Part shown: in pieces, positions 42,028-51,977 of the stretch | How the letters are laid out: every line of letters starts with the position of its first letter | Numbering within the stretch: position 1 is the first letter of the stretch | Assembly (NCBI GenBank): GCA_965218425.1 | Contig: OZ244621.1 | Coordinates: forward strand, 768,001-832,000 | Length of the DNA: 64,000 nt | Direction of reading: 5' to 3' | Source of the DNA: an uncultured Candidatus Binatia bacterium | GTDB lineage: Bacteria > Desulfobacterota > Binatia > UBA9968 > CAXXLF01 | Position numbers and translations under genes: made by a program | Notes under the pieces: generated by a model | Told to the model about the DNA's origin: nothing | Seen by the model: only the letters and a program-made list of their open reading frames with translations | Databases searched by the model: none

Positions 42028-42300
42028 TTAGAGGGGCTTAAAAAAATGGATCAATGAGGCCAGGATGAATGAACCGATGTATACGGCAATGAGGTCGAAA
42101 ATCAAACGAAACCGGTGCACATGATCAAATACCGAGTCGAGCCCAAGGTAAAGAATAGCAAACCGGCCCATGAACGACCCAATTAGGCCAATGGCCGGGA
42201 AAAACGCCAGGTGACCATCATGCCCAATTTCGACTGTTTTACTGGCCAGCAACCCGGTTAAGAGACCAAATACGATGGTAACTAAGAGCTGATCCCGAAA
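42028..42300 (-). pseudogene. Small membrane protein, probably N-terminally truncated
   Basis: Hydrophobic open frame with no convincing start codon. Confidence 0.35.
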
Positions 42301-42333
42301 ATAAAAAATTACCTCCGCAGCCGTTTCCCTGGT

Positions 42334-42966
42334 CTACCCTCCCATTGCCCTGACCATCTCTTCAGCCGCCGCTCGTGGATAAGGCGCTGAAATTATTGCT
42401 GAAATGAACGATACTCCTCGTGTACCCGTGGCTCTTAGCTCGGCAATATTATCCGCCTTGATACCTCCTATGGAATAAACAGGAATGGAAATTTTTTCCA
42501 CCACTTTTTTTAGCGGGCCCAGCCCCCTGGGGTCCCCATAGGGTGCCTTGGAGGGGGTAAAATAGACCGGTCCAAAAACGAGAAAATCCGCTCCGGCCTG
42601 CTCCGACGCTTCGGCTTCAGCTAAAGAATGGGTGGATACCCCGATCAGCTTGTGGTCACCAATGAGCCCTCTGGCGGTCTGGACGGGTATGGAAGCCCCT
42701 CCCAGATGCACGCCATCCGCATCCACAGCCATGGCCACATCCACACGATCGTTAATCAGAAGGCTCGCGTGATGCGCATCGCATAGGACTTTTACCTTTT
42801 CAGCGAGGTAAAACAGGTCCCCACCACCCAGATCCTTCTCCCTGAGTTGAATTCCCTTTACCCCCCCTTGGAGGGCCTGTTCCAAAACCCAGAGGAGGCC
42901 GCGACCTGAGGTCAGCTTCCTATCCGTGACAAGGTAAAGATCAAATTTAGGGGAGCGCGACTGCAA
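42334..42966 (-). CDS. thiE: Thiamine phosphate synthase
   Basis: QLREK, INDRVD, GVHLG, GVSTHS and TPSK motifs. Confidence 0.95.
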   Translation of the reverse strand: MQSRSPKFDLYLVTDRKLTSGRGLLWVLEQALQGGVKGIQLREKDLGGGDLFYLAEKVKVLCDAHHASLLINDRVDVAMAVDADGVHLGGASIPVQTARGLIGDHKLIGVSTHSLAEAEASEQAGADFLVFGPVYFTPSKAPYGDPRGLGPLKKVVEKISIPVYSIGGIKADNIAELRATGTRGVSFISAIISAPYPRAAAEEMVRAMGG

Positions 42967-42970
42967 GGTA

Positions 42971-43744
42971 TTAGGCCAAGACTCCGGCTAAGGGGCTGGA
43001 GGCGGTAGCGTAGAGTTTTTTCGGTATACGCCCTGCCTTAAACGCTTTGCGTCCCGCCTCTATTCCTAGCTTCATTGCTTCCGCCATGAGCAAAGGATCT
43101 TTGGCTCCAGCAATGGCCGAATTCATCAACACCGCATCGCACCCCATCTCCATAGCAATAGAGGCGTCAGAGGCGGTTCCCACGCCGGCATCCACAATCA
43201 CAGGAACCGTAGCCTGTTCTAGAATGATTTGGATGTTATAGGGATTGCGAATTCCGAGACCTGATCCGATGGGTGCGGCCAATGGCATTACCGCGGCACA
43301 TCCCATCTCTTGAAGCTTTTTGGCCGTAACAGGTTCATCGCTGATATAGGGCAAGACGATGAATCCTTCTTCGATCAGGACCCGCGCCGCCTCAAGGGTT
43401 GCCGGGATATCCGGAAAAAGGGTCTTTTCGTCCCCGATCACCTCCAGCTTCACCATGTTCCCCACCCCAGCCTCGCGAGCCAAACGGCAGGTTCGAATTG
43501 CCTCATCAGCGTTATAGCACCCTGCCGTGTTTGGCAGGATCGTGTATTTTTTTGGATCCACAAAGTCGAGAAGGTTCTCATTGGCAGGGTCCGTGATATT
43601 GACCCGACGGACGGCCACCGTAACGATCTCTGCGCCTGACGCCTCGATGGCTCTCCGGGTCTCGTGAAAGTCTTTGTACTTACCAGTCCCTACGATAAGA
43701 CGCGAACGGTAGCTTTTTCCTGCAAGCTCGAAATGATCCTCCAT
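42971..43744 (-). CDS. thiG: Thiazole synthase
   Basis: [29 protein letters not shown] and VDAGVG motifs. Confidence 0.97.
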   Translation of the reverse strand: MEDHFELAGKSYRSRLIVGTGKYKDFHETRRAIEASGAEIVTVAVRRVNITDPANENLLDFVDPKKYTILPNTAGCYNADEAIRTCRLAREAGVGNMVKLEVIGDEKTLFPDIPATLEAARVLIEEGFIVLPYISDEPVTAKKLQEMGCAAVMPLAAPIGSGLGIRNPYNIQIILEQATVPVIVDAGVGTASDASIAMEMGCDAVLMNSAIAGAKDPLLMAEAMKLGIEAGRKAFKAGRIPKKLYATASSPLAGVLA

Positions 43745-43828
43745 TGCTCTCCCCTTTTATTAGCCTGTGGAACCGCTTCTCTGCCGCGACCGAAACAATT
43801 GGGACATTAAGTTTATATCCCCGTCTTG

Positions 43829-44029
43829 CTATCCTCCACCAACGAAGTGGACGATCTCAAGCGAGTCTCCTTCTTTTAAAACCGTGGCGCTGTGGGCATC
43901 ACGCGGCAGAATGTCTCGATTCAGCTCCACCACCACCCGCCCGGGACGGATCCCCAGATGATCGAGCAATTGCGACACATTGAGCCCAACTCCCACTTCT
44001 TTCTCTTCTCCATTAATGCGAACGATCAC
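43829..44029 (-). CDS. thiS: Sulfur carrier protein ThiS
   Basis: 66 aa, ends EIVHFVGGG. Confidence 0.95.
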   Translation of the reverse strand: MIVRINGEEKEVGVGLNVSQLLDHLGIRPGRVVVELNRDILPRDAHSATVLKEGDSLEIVHFVGGG

Positions 44030-44125
44030 TGATTAAATGAAGCCTCCACAGACTAACACCGGGAGTATCCCTCATTTCTTCGGCGATACCCGCCAAAGGG
44101 GCTCCATGGGCTGCGAAAGCGGATA

Positions 44126-44177
44126 AAAAAAACCGTACCCAACCGGACCACTTTTACTGCGGTCAGAGAATACGGTC
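44126..44177 (-). terminator. Riboswitch-controlled intrinsic terminator
   Basis: Minus strand ACCGTA...TACGGT hairpin followed by a T run, between the TPP aptamer and thiS. Confidence 0.7.
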
Positions 44178-44228
44178 TTGAATTCGCCCCGTACCAACAG
44201 GATTCTTATGACGGGACGAAAACTTTCG

Positions 44229-44327
44229 CGCTTCCCTACGCCGGTACTATCCGGATCAGGTTCAAAGGGTTACCCAAAACGTCGGCTTCGGGCTCTCAGT
44301 TCGGTTTCCGCGAACACCCCCAGCTTG
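44229..44327 (-). ncRNA. TPP riboswitch
   Basis: GGGGTG...CTGAGA...ACCCTTTGAACCTGATCCGGATAGTACCGGCGTAGGGAAGC upstream of thiSGE. Confidence 0.95.
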
Positions 44328-44356
44328 TCCACGACTATCAGAAGGATAGGAGCAAG

Positions 44357-45211
44357 TCAATCTAAGTCCTGCACCACTGCCACGCTGGCATAGCCCACCA
44401 CCCGGTTCATGGGAGCCACATGGCCCGAATGGCAGTGCTTGAGCAATTGTGCGCCCTTGGCACCCAGGGTTCGTGCCGCAACCAACAACGCTGTGGTGGG
44501 GAATACACCGCACATGCTGATGTCTGCCCTTTGCACGGTATTGAGCAAACCCAAGGGTTCCAAACTCAGGACCTGTTCCACGGCCAGGCGATCAAGCCTC
44601 TCAGTCTCCTTGGGCGGAAGGTAATGACTGAGATCGCTGCTCGCAATTAGAACCGTTCTCTTCCCCTTTGTTGCTTCCGATTCGCACATGTGAGCGATCA
44701 CCTGTCCAAGATAAATGCACTCTTGCTCGGAGAGATGAGAGATAGAAACTGGAAGGAAAGAGAATTTTCCCAGGACCCTTTGAAGAAAGGGAATTTGAAC
44801 TTCGATACTGTGTTCCTGACGGTGGGCACGTTCATCCTCGACTAAAAAGGGGATCTGGTCCTTTAATATTTCTCCTAGCCCACGATCCACCCTAACCCGA
44901 CCCAGGGGAGTCTCCCAATAATCAGCAGGACTGAGCGCCACCTTGGCGCCTTCCCCTCGATGATTGACCCCCATGAGGACAACGCTGTCAATATCTTTAT
45001 CCAGACTGGAATAAAAATGGGCGGCACAAGCACCCGAGTATACGTATCCGGCATGGGGAACCATACCGCCCAGCAGAGACGGAGTGGGGGACTCCGCTCC
45101 TCGAGGCCCGAGAGGATGAGTTACAAAACACTCCTCAAGCAGTCGGGTCAGCTCGTTGGCCTCTCGCGGGTAAAATGAACCAGCGACGGCGGGACGCCTC
45201 ACATGCTCCAT
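44357..45211 (-). CDS. AmmeMemoRadiSam system protein B (MEMO1 family)
   Basis: RRPAVAGSFYP, PHAGYVYSG, EHSIEVQ, ASSDLSHY, SMCG and VVGYA motifs. Confidence 0.93.
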   Translation of the reverse strand: MEHVRRPAVAGSFYPREANELTRLLEECFVTHPLGPRGAESPTPSLLGGMVPHAGYVYSGACAAHFYSSLDKDIDSVVLMGVNHRGEGAKVALSPADYWETPLGRVRVDRGLGEILKDQIPFLVEDERAHRQEHSIEVQIPFLQRVLGKFSFLPVSISHLSEQECIYLGQVIAHMCESEATKGKRTVLIASSDLSHYLPPKETERLDRLAVEQVLSLEPLGLLNTVQRADISMCGVFPTTALLVAARTLGAKGAQLLKHCHSGHVAPMNRVVGYASVAVVQDLD

Positions 45212-45216
45212 GGTTC

Positions 45217-46161
45217 TTAAGGAAGTGCTATCTCAACTTGAAGGACGCCTATGTCCTGGACCTCCGCCTCCACTCGATCGCCGGGCTTTAGATACACCGG
45301 CGGAGTACGCGCAAACCCAACGCCTGAGGGTGTCCCGGTGCTAATGATATCTCCCGGTTCCAAGGTCATTCCCTTGGAAAGCTCTGCAATCGTTGTCGGG
45401 ATGTCGAAGATCATGTCCCGGGTGCTGGCGTCCTGCATGACTTCTCCATTTAACCGGCAACCAATTCGTAGTTCATGTGGATCGGCCATGGCACTCTTAT
45501 GCAAAATCCACGGCCCCAAGGGACAGAAGGTATCCAGCGATTTTCCTTTAAACCACTGGCCATGCTTGCGCTGTAGGTCCCGTGCCGTCATATCAAGGCA
45601 GATGGTATAACCGAAAACAAAATCATAGGCCTTTTCCCTGGGAATATTTCTTCCTCTTCGACCCATCACCACCGCTAATTCCGCCTCATAATCGAGACAT
45701 TCAGTGGCCTTATGTTGCAGCACCTTTCCAAGGTGCCCTATTACCGCAGTGGCGGGTTTGGTGAAGTAGACTGGGGCTTCAGGAGTCGTGAACTCCACTG
45801 CCCGGGCCTTGGCACCCTCCGCAATATGTTCTTGGTAATTAACCCCTAACATGAAAACGTTCTTTCTCGGCCGTGGGATGGGGGAGAGGAGCTTCGTTCG
45901 AGCCGGATCCAATAGCGTCCCCTGGCGACTCAGTTTCCTTAAGCCCTCAGGGTTTTGTTTCTCAACATAACCGAGAACTTTTCTTGCGGTGCTTAGAGCC
46001 TTGCCACCTCCCTCCAGGAATGCCTGCACTGAGGTCAAATAAGACGGTTGACCTGCCCTCAGGTAACGTCCATTGACCTCGGCGAGATCCACAATACAAT
46101 GGCCATCGGTTAAAACGCCTATCCGTTCTTGGTTCTTCCGAGAAAAGGTGACAAGTCGCAT
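45217..46161 (-). CDS. Fumarylacetoacetate hydrolase family protein
   Basis: DYEAELAVV, GKSLDTFCPLGP and TGTPSGVG motifs. Confidence 0.93.
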   Translation of the reverse strand: MRLVTFSRKNQERIGVLTDGHCIVDLAEVNGRYLRAGQPSYLTSVQAFLEGGGKALSTARKVLGYVEKQNPEGLRKLSRQGTLLDPARTKLLSPIPRPRKNVFMLGVNYQEHIAEGAKARAVEFTTPEAPVYFTKPATAVIGHLGKVLQHKATECLDYEAELAVVMGRRGRNIPREKAYDFVFGYTICLDMTARDLQRKHGQWFKGKSLDTFCPLGPWILHKSAMADPHELRIGCRLNGEVMQDASTRDMIFDIPTTIAELSKGMTLEPGDIISTGTPSGVGFARTPPVYLKPGDRVEAEVQDIGVLQVEIALP

Positions 46162-46294
46162 GCTTCCTCCCAACAAACTGCATCAGCTATAAGAAATGGC
46201 CTTGGGGATGTCAAGGATGGGTGCTGACATTTTAGCGGGTAAATATCATCTGTTTAAAATTGCATGATGATGCCTGTGATGCTAATTTTAACCA

Positions 46295-46525
46295 ATGAAG
46301 AAGGGTCGCAGAGAGACGCGGACCGCCATGCAAGTGGGTGACCGAGTTCTGATTAACCGACCGATTCGCAAAGAGATTTTCGTAGTGGCTCGGGTGGACA
46401 TTCCCCATTCAAGTGAAAGGGTCTTCGTAACCAGATCGGGGGGCGACTTCACCATCGGCTTCAAGATGTGGAAAGCCGACTATGCATGGAATCATGAGAG
46501 CAAAATGTGGACTGCAAAGCGCTGA
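46295..46525 (+). CDS. Small hypothetical protein
   Basis: 76 aa intergenic ORF with protein-like composition. Confidence 0.45.
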   Translation: MKKGRRETRTAMQVGDRVLINRPIRKEIFVVARVDIPHSSERVFVTRSGGDFTIGFKMWKADYAWNHESKMWTAKR

Positions 46526-46655
46526 CCCCTGTCCCGCCATCCTTGAATGTGCCGACCTTTGAGTCCTACCCTTGAGATCCAGAGGGGCCTTGCGTACCAC
46601 ATGGCCAGGGAGCAGATCGGGACAGCATCGCAAACCAGCAGAGTTTTGGCTAGAC

Positions 46656-48020
46656 ATGAAGCGCAATATTGAAGACCTCTTGTCTGAGATCACTAAGGGG
46701 AACGGACCCTCATTGATGGTGCTCCATGGGGACGATCTACACGTTCACGAGGCCACCAAGAAGATCCTCGATCTTGTGGTCCCCCCGCACCAGCGGTCCC
46801 TGAACTTGGAACGCTTCGATGGTCGTTCCACCCCCTGGGATCACATCGAAACCGCGCTGCGAACTCCATCGCTGTTCACCGGCAGAAAGACCGTTTGGAT
46901 CGAGAATGCCCCCTATTTTCTCTCCCGGGAACGAAAGGGAGACCTAGTCGAGAGAGTGCTCCAACTCTGGGTCGATGACAAAAAAGATGAGGCCGCCCGT
47001 CTATTCTTGGATTTCCTGGCCCTGGAAGGTTGGTCCCAAGAACAACTGGACAAGACCCTTCCATCCACGGATTCGCCGGTCGGTGCGCTATTGGGTACGG
47101 GAACAGAAGGAAACGATAAAGAATTGGCGGCTGTGTTGGCCTTTGCCCGTGACCGAGGCATGGATCTGGGTCACCACCAAACTGGGCAGAGTAAGGGACT
47201 CTCTGATTTTATTGAGAATGGACTTCCCCCTTGGGCAATCCTGTTGATCTCGGCCTCTCACGTGGATAAAAGGATCCGTCTCTATCGAAGGTTGGAGCAA
47301 GAAGGGGTGATCCTGGACCTGAGTATCGAACGGGAGAGAAGCGGTAGAATCAAACGAGAGACTCTGACAGAACTTGTGGACCGGCGTGTCAAAGAAGCAG
47401 GGAAAAAGATGGAACCTCTGGCGAGAAACATGATCCTGGCCCGTGCGGGAGATGAACTTTGGAGCGTCCATCAGGAAATGGAGAAACTCCTTATCTATGT
47501 GGGAGACAGGCCCACCCTCACCGCTCGAGACGTGGACGAGGTTTTTTTAGATCAGGCGGGATCCTGGGTCTTTGACCTAACCGCTGCAATTGCCCAAAGA
47601 AACGGCCTGGAGGCACTGGCCCATTTAAGACGCCTTCTCTTTCAAGGCGAACCCCCTCTGAGACTCTTGGGAACCATTGCTGGTGACGTACGCCGGCTTC
47701 TGGCGGCGCGAAACCTCATGGACGGTGAACTACGCCAGAGGTGGAGGAGTGGGATGACCTTCCAGGAGTTTCAGAGAAACGTGCTAGGGAAGAGGGGCCC
47801 CTTCCTAATGCAAAACCCCTATGGAGACTACATGAGCTTCCAACGGGCAGACCCTTTCGCCACACAGGAGTTGGTACGCTACTTGCACTTGATCTACCTA
47901 ACCGACATCAAGTTAAAATCCACCGGCAAGCCAGCCCGAATGGTTATGGAGAACCTTATCTTGGAAATGTGCCAAGGAAAGACTGAAGGGGCCCAAGGGA
48001 TTGAAGACACCAGGCAATAG
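46656..48020 (+). CDS. holA: DNA polymerase III delta subunit (long form with insertion)
   Basis: TPSLFTGRKTV, VDKRIRLY, EMEKLLIYVG, VFDLTAAI and TDIKLKS motifs. Confidence 0.8.
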   Translation: MKRNIEDLLSEITKGNGPSLMVLHGDDLHVHEATKKILDLVVPPHQRSLNLERFDGRSTPWDHIETALRTPSLFTGRKTVWIENAPYFLSRERKGDLVERVLQLWVDDKKDEAARLFLDFLALEGWSQEQLDKTLPSTDSPVGALLGTGTEGNDKELAAVLAFARDRGMDLGHHQTGQSKGLSDFIENGLPPWAILLISASHVDKRIRLYRRLEQEGVILDLSIERERSGRIKRETLTELVDRRVKEAGKKMEPLARNMILARAGDELWSVHQEMEKLLIYVGDRPTLTARDVDEVFLDQAGSWVFDLTAAIAQRNGLEALAHLRRLLFQGEPPLRLLGTIAGDVRRLLAARNLMDGELRQRWRSGMTFQEFQRNVLGKRGPFLMQNPYGDYMSFQRADPFATQELVRYLHLIYLTDIKLKSTGKPARMVMENLILEMCQGKTEGAQGIEDTRQ

Positions 48021-48567
48021 TTCAAGAGGAAAGCTCTTCTTCACCCTCTTAGTCGCACTTTGCATCATCCATTTTCCTTTTGCACTTTCCAACAGTTGGG
48101 CGGGAATCGTCGTTCGAACCTGTTTTAGCCCCCAGGGCAAATGTTCCAGCCACATTATTCGAGAGCTCCGGGGAGCCGAACGGGAGATTTTAATAGCGGT
48201 CTACGCCTTTACCAGCAGAGAAATTGCTTGGGCACTGCTCCAAGCCAAGCAACGTGGCATCCATGTTCTTGTGCTCTTGGACAAAAAGTTTGATCGGGAA
48301 AGCGGATTTTCCAAAGGGGCCTTTCTAAAAAAACAAGGGCTCGATGTCCGTCGAACTTCAGGGCTGAGCAAGGGGGACAACAAACGGGGCCTCATGCACC
48401 AGAAATTTGCCGTCATCGACGGCCGAATCGTTCTCACCGGCTCCTATAATTGGACGGCCTCAGCGGAAAGATACAACCACGAGGACCTTCTAATGTTCCA
48501 AGACGCCGGACCCCTGGCTAATGAGTATCGGCAACAGTTTTTTCGTCTTTGGAAAAAAGGCCGATGA
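48001..48567 (+). CDS. Phospholipase D / Nuc-family protein with a single HKD motif
   Basis: MHQKFAVIDG..VLTGSYNWT; N-terminal hydrophobic segment. Confidence 0.88.
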   Translation: MKTPGNSSRGKLFFTLLVALCIIHFPFALSNSWAGIVVRTCFSPQGKCSSHIIRELRGAEREILIAVYAFTSREIAWALLQAKQRGIHVLVLLDKKFDRESGFSKGAFLKKQGLDVRRTSGLSKGDNKRGLMHQKFAVIDGRIVLTGSYNWTASAERYNHEDLLMFQDAGPLANEYRQQFFRLWKKGR

Positions 48568-49043
48568 GAGGGTTTTCCCTTACAACCATCCTCATGGTCA
48601 TGGCCGCCTTCGCTGCGGGATTTTCCACTCACTTTCTCTACGAGCGTTGGGTCCATCTCCCCAATGAAAACCAGGGGTACCCGGTAACCTATTCCCCCTT
48701 ACCTCCCACGACCCCAAGGGAAGCGAACATTCCACGGTTTGACGCGGCCAACGTTAAAAAGATCCGGTCCCATGCGGGAAACCGAGCGAGGATTCGTGGG
48801 AGAATTTACCGGGTGGGGCATTCCACCAAGAGCAACACCTATTTTCTCAACTTCGGTCCTTCGCGGGATTCTTTTACCGGAGTCATCTTCGCATCGGCAT
48901 TGGAACGTTTCGCGCAACGAAAGATCCATCCAACCAACTATGAAGGCAAGAACGTCGAGTTCACAGGACAAATTAAGAACCACCCAAGATTCGGCCTGGA
49001 AATGATTCTCGAGGATCCCTCACAAATAGAGCTACTAGACTAA
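48564..49043 (+). CDS. Membrane-anchored OB-fold-like hypothetical protein
   Basis: TM helix, YFLNFG, FTGVIF and GKNVEFTGQI; ATGA overlap with the PLD gene. Confidence 0.7.
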   Translation: MRGFSLTTILMVMAAFAAGFSTHFLYERWVHLPNENQGYPVTYSPLPPTTPREANIPRFDAANVKKIRSHAGNRARIRGRIYRVGHSTKSNTYFLNFGPSRDSFTGVIFASALERFAQRKIHPTNYEGKNVEFTGQIKNHPRFGLEMILEDPSQIELLD

Positions 49044-49094
49044 CCTAAATTTGAAGGGTTGTAGCCGGTCTTGGTTTTGGAGTAAACTTTTCTC

Positions 49095-49283
49095 ATGGAA
49101 CCTGAAAAAAAGAGATGCATGGTTTGTGCAAAGCTGAGGGAACTCAGGGGGGGTATCTGCGAGCTCTGCCATGAACAGATCCGCCGGGAGGCCCAGGGCG
49201 ATCAGGCGAACATCCGGACCAATGCAGAAAAAGAGCTAAAAAAGCACGGGGTGACACCGGATCGCGGGAAAGGCGAAAAATAG
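49095..49283 (+). CDS. Small CxxC...CxxC hypothetical protein
   Basis: CMVC...CELC, 62 aa. Confidence 0.6.
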   Translation: MEPEKKRCMVCAKLRELRGGICELCHEQIRREAQGDQANIRTNAEKELKKHGVTPDRGKGEK

Positions 49284-49307
49284 CAATTCCTATTTTGGAA
49301 GGCGACC

Positions 49308-49793
49308 ATGAGGGAAAAAGAAAATATAGAAAAGGCAAAGCAACTCTTTCGCGAGGCCTATCACCGTCAATCGGAGGGGGAATTGGATGCTGCCGTGCGT
49401 CTGTATAGAGAGTCCATCCATCTTCATCCCACCGCCGAGGCCTACACCTTCTTAGGCTGGACCTACAGTTTCCTGGGAAGGTACGAGGATGCCATAGAGG
49501 AATGCAAGAAGGCCATAGACACGGATCCGGAATTTGGCAATCCCTACAACGACATCGGGGCTTACCTGATCAACCTGGGTCAGCTGGACGAGGCGATACC
49601 TTGGCTTGAAAAGGCGTCTAGTGCCCCTCGGTATGAATCCTATCATTATCCCCATTGCAATCTCGGACGTGTATACATGACCAAGGGCATGTTAAAAAAA
49701 GCCTTGGAAGAATTTGAAAGAGCACTCACCATCGAGCCTAATTATTTATTTGCCCGCCAAGCACTGGAGGCCATTCACCAACGGCTCCAATAA
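49308..49793 (+). CDS. Tetratricopeptide repeat protein
   Basis: AEAYTFLGWTY, DPEFGNPYNDIG and NLGRVY repeats. Confidence 0.9.
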   Translation: MREKENIEKAKQLFREAYHRQSEGELDAAVRLYRESIHLHPTAEAYTFLGWTYSFLGRYEDAIEECKKAIDTDPEFGNPYNDIGAYLINLGQLDEAIPWLEKASSAPRYESYHYPHCNLGRVYMTKGMLKKALEEFERALTIEPNYLFARQALEAIHQRLQ

Positions 49794-49855
49794 TGAAAAT
49801 CCCAATCCGTTAACCTCCACAGATTAGCCATTCAGAATCCTTTTGGGCCCACACC

Positions 49856-50437
49856 ATGGAAGGCGATCCGCGCCATTTCGAATCTTTTATCAGCCGACTC
49901 GGTTTTCGAATCCATCAGGATCACGCCCACGTTATTCATCTGGTTTGGCGTGGCGCCCTCTATCCAGGTTTCCTTTGCCTTGGACTGTCTCTGGCCCTCT
50001 TATTTCTTTCCGTTCCGGTACTTCAAGCCATCCTCATTAAGGAAACGGATGGTTCAGCCATGTCCCTTTGGTATTTTCCTGCCATGAACCTGATCCTATT
50101 CTCTGTGGCGATTTTCCTCCTTAGCCTCAGCCGAACCGCCGTCATCGACCAACGGTCAAAGCGCGTCCTTTTGTCAAAGCGGAGCATTTTAAAGCGGAGA
50201 GACCTGGTTGTGGACTTCGGCGAGATCGTCGCCTTGAGGGTAGGGACCGACATGGTCTACAGCGGTCTCGCCGTTGCCGGTTCAACTATGGGTCAAAACC
50301 GATTCCCCGCCGCTTCCCTGCGCCTCGCCCTCAAAGGCGGAGGAACCGTCCTCTTGGATCGGGGTTCAAAACAAAGAATTGATGATCTCGCCCATCGCAT
50401 CAATCGCCTTTTAGACAAACCCATCACTAACAGCTGA
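49856..50437 (+). CDS. Hypothetical membrane protein
   Basis: Two TM segments followed by a soluble domain. Confidence 0.7.
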   Translation: MEGDPRHFESFISRLGFRIHQDHAHVIHLVWRGALYPGFLCLGLSLALLFLSVPVLQAILIKETDGSAMSLWYFPAMNLILFSVAIFLLSLSRTAVIDQRSKRVLLSKRSILKRRDLVVDFGEIVALRVGTDMVYSGLAVAGSTMGQNRFPAASLRLALKGGGTVLLDRGSKQRIDDLAHRINRLLDKPITNS

Positions 50438-50521
50438 AGAAAAACCTACACATCAACTTAGAACTGTGATATACATGAAGTTTATTCTGCCCAGTGTTTT
50501 ATTTTTTTAGGATGGCCACCC

Positions 50522-51619
50522 CTGAAAGTTAAAAGCCAACAAACCCTCTGTGCCGTTATTGCTGCCTTTGCCATCCTAGTTCTTGCCCCCTCAGCATGGT
50601 CCTCATCTCCCAAGCTAATTACTGCGCGTGCGGCCTTCCTCATGAACGCCGACACCGGTGCGGTGCTTTTCGAGCGCAGGGCCGAGTTGGGTCTCCCACC
50701 CGCGAGCACCACAAAGGTGGTCACGGCCCTGGTGGCGTTGGAGCATAAACAACTCCACGATCATCTCCCAGTGAGCCGCACGGCGTCCAAAGTGAACTCC
50801 TTGAAGTTGGGTCTTCGCCCCGGTCAGACCATGAGCGTGCAGGACTTGCTCTATGGCGCGCTTCTATACTCAGCTAACGATGCGACCGTCGTGCTAGCCG
50901 AAGGAATTGGCGAATCCGTCGAAGGATTTGCGGAGATGATGACCCAAAAGGCTCGCCAGCTAGGCGCCGAGAACAGCCATTTCAAAAACCCCCATGGGTT
51001 AACGGCTCGCGGACACTATTCAAGCGCCAAGGATTTGGCCTTGATCTTCAATCACGCCATGGAAAATCCGGATTTTCGCACCATCGTCCAAACGAAATGG
51101 AAAAAGGTCTATCTGTTTGCAGCCGGAAAAATGAAACGGGTGAAAACACTGCCGCTTAGGAACAAAAACCGGCTCCTGTGGAATTATAAAGGCGCCATGG
51201 GCGGCAAGACCGGCTACACCCGCGCGGCCAGGAAGTGCTATGTTGGGGCAGCCACACGGGATGGAGTGACTCTAGTGGTCTCCGTCCTAGGTTCGCGAAA
51301 TCTCTGGAGAGATACGAAACGGCTGCTTGAATTCGGCTTCAAAAATAAATCTCGGAGCATCGACTCTTCGGCTGCCTTTATGATCCAAGTCGCTTCTTTT
51401 CGGGACAAAGACAGAGCCGAGTCACTACGCAACAAGATCGCCAAGGGCGGCTATAAGACCTACGTACATAAGTTTGACCCACAGCACGGAGAGACCGCCT
51501 ATCGGGTAAGGATTGGGCCCTACTCGCAATGGAATCACGCAAAGAGAGTGGCCCGAAAGCTAGAGCACAAACGGGGCATGAAACCGATGATTTTTCTTGC
51601 TTCACCTGGGGGCAGGTAA
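50522..51619 (+). CDS. D-alanyl-D-alanine carboxypeptidase (S11) with C-terminal SPOR domain
   Basis: PASTTK, SAND, KTG and IQVASF motifs; the signal peptide lies in frame upstream of ATG 50642 (CTG at 50522). Confidence 0.88.
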   Translation: MKVKSQQTLCAVIAAFAILVLAPSAWSSSPKLITARAAFLMNADTGAVLFERRAELGLPPASTTKVVTALVALEHKQLHDHLPVSRTASKVNSLKLGLRPGQTMSVQDLLYGALLYSANDATVVLAEGIGESVEGFAEMMTQKARQLGAENSHFKNPHGLTARGHYSSAKDLALIFNHAMENPDFRTIVQTKWKKVYLFAAGKMKRVKTLPLRNKNRLLWNYKGAMGGKTGYTRAARKCYVGAATRDGVTLVVSVLGSRNLWRDTKRLLEFGFKNKSRSIDSSAAFMIQVASFRDKDRAESLRNKIAKGGYKTYVHKFDPQHGETAYRVRIGPYSQWNHAKRVARKLEHKRGMKPMIFLASPGGR

Positions 51620-51977
51620 ATCACAACGGCAAGCAACTATAATGATATTCGGTTGGAAAAACCCCGCCTGCTAGGGGAATAGCCCTGTCCACAACTTGAA
51701 GCATCCAAAGACTCCCTCCCGTGATATTCTTCATATTCTTTGGCGGAATCCGCCGAAGCACCCCCCTTCGCTCCCCGGGCTTTGGACGGTCTACCCATTG
51801 CATTCATTCACCTGGATTCATCGACGCCTAATGGCTATGGTTTTCTGCGAAGTTGGACAATTTTTTCCACTTTTCCTCTTGCACTTCGCCCCATTTCTTC
51901 TTATAAGATATCGTCCGAGGGGGGGGATTTCGTCTTTTAGGACGCCCTCCAGTACGCTCCATGTAGAAAGGGAAATC

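Noticed and set aside
51696..51977. N-terminal extension of the CoxS-like ORF
   Set aside because: The family starts at MNKKITL, which has an RBS at 51978; the upstream in-frame stretch is not protein-like.
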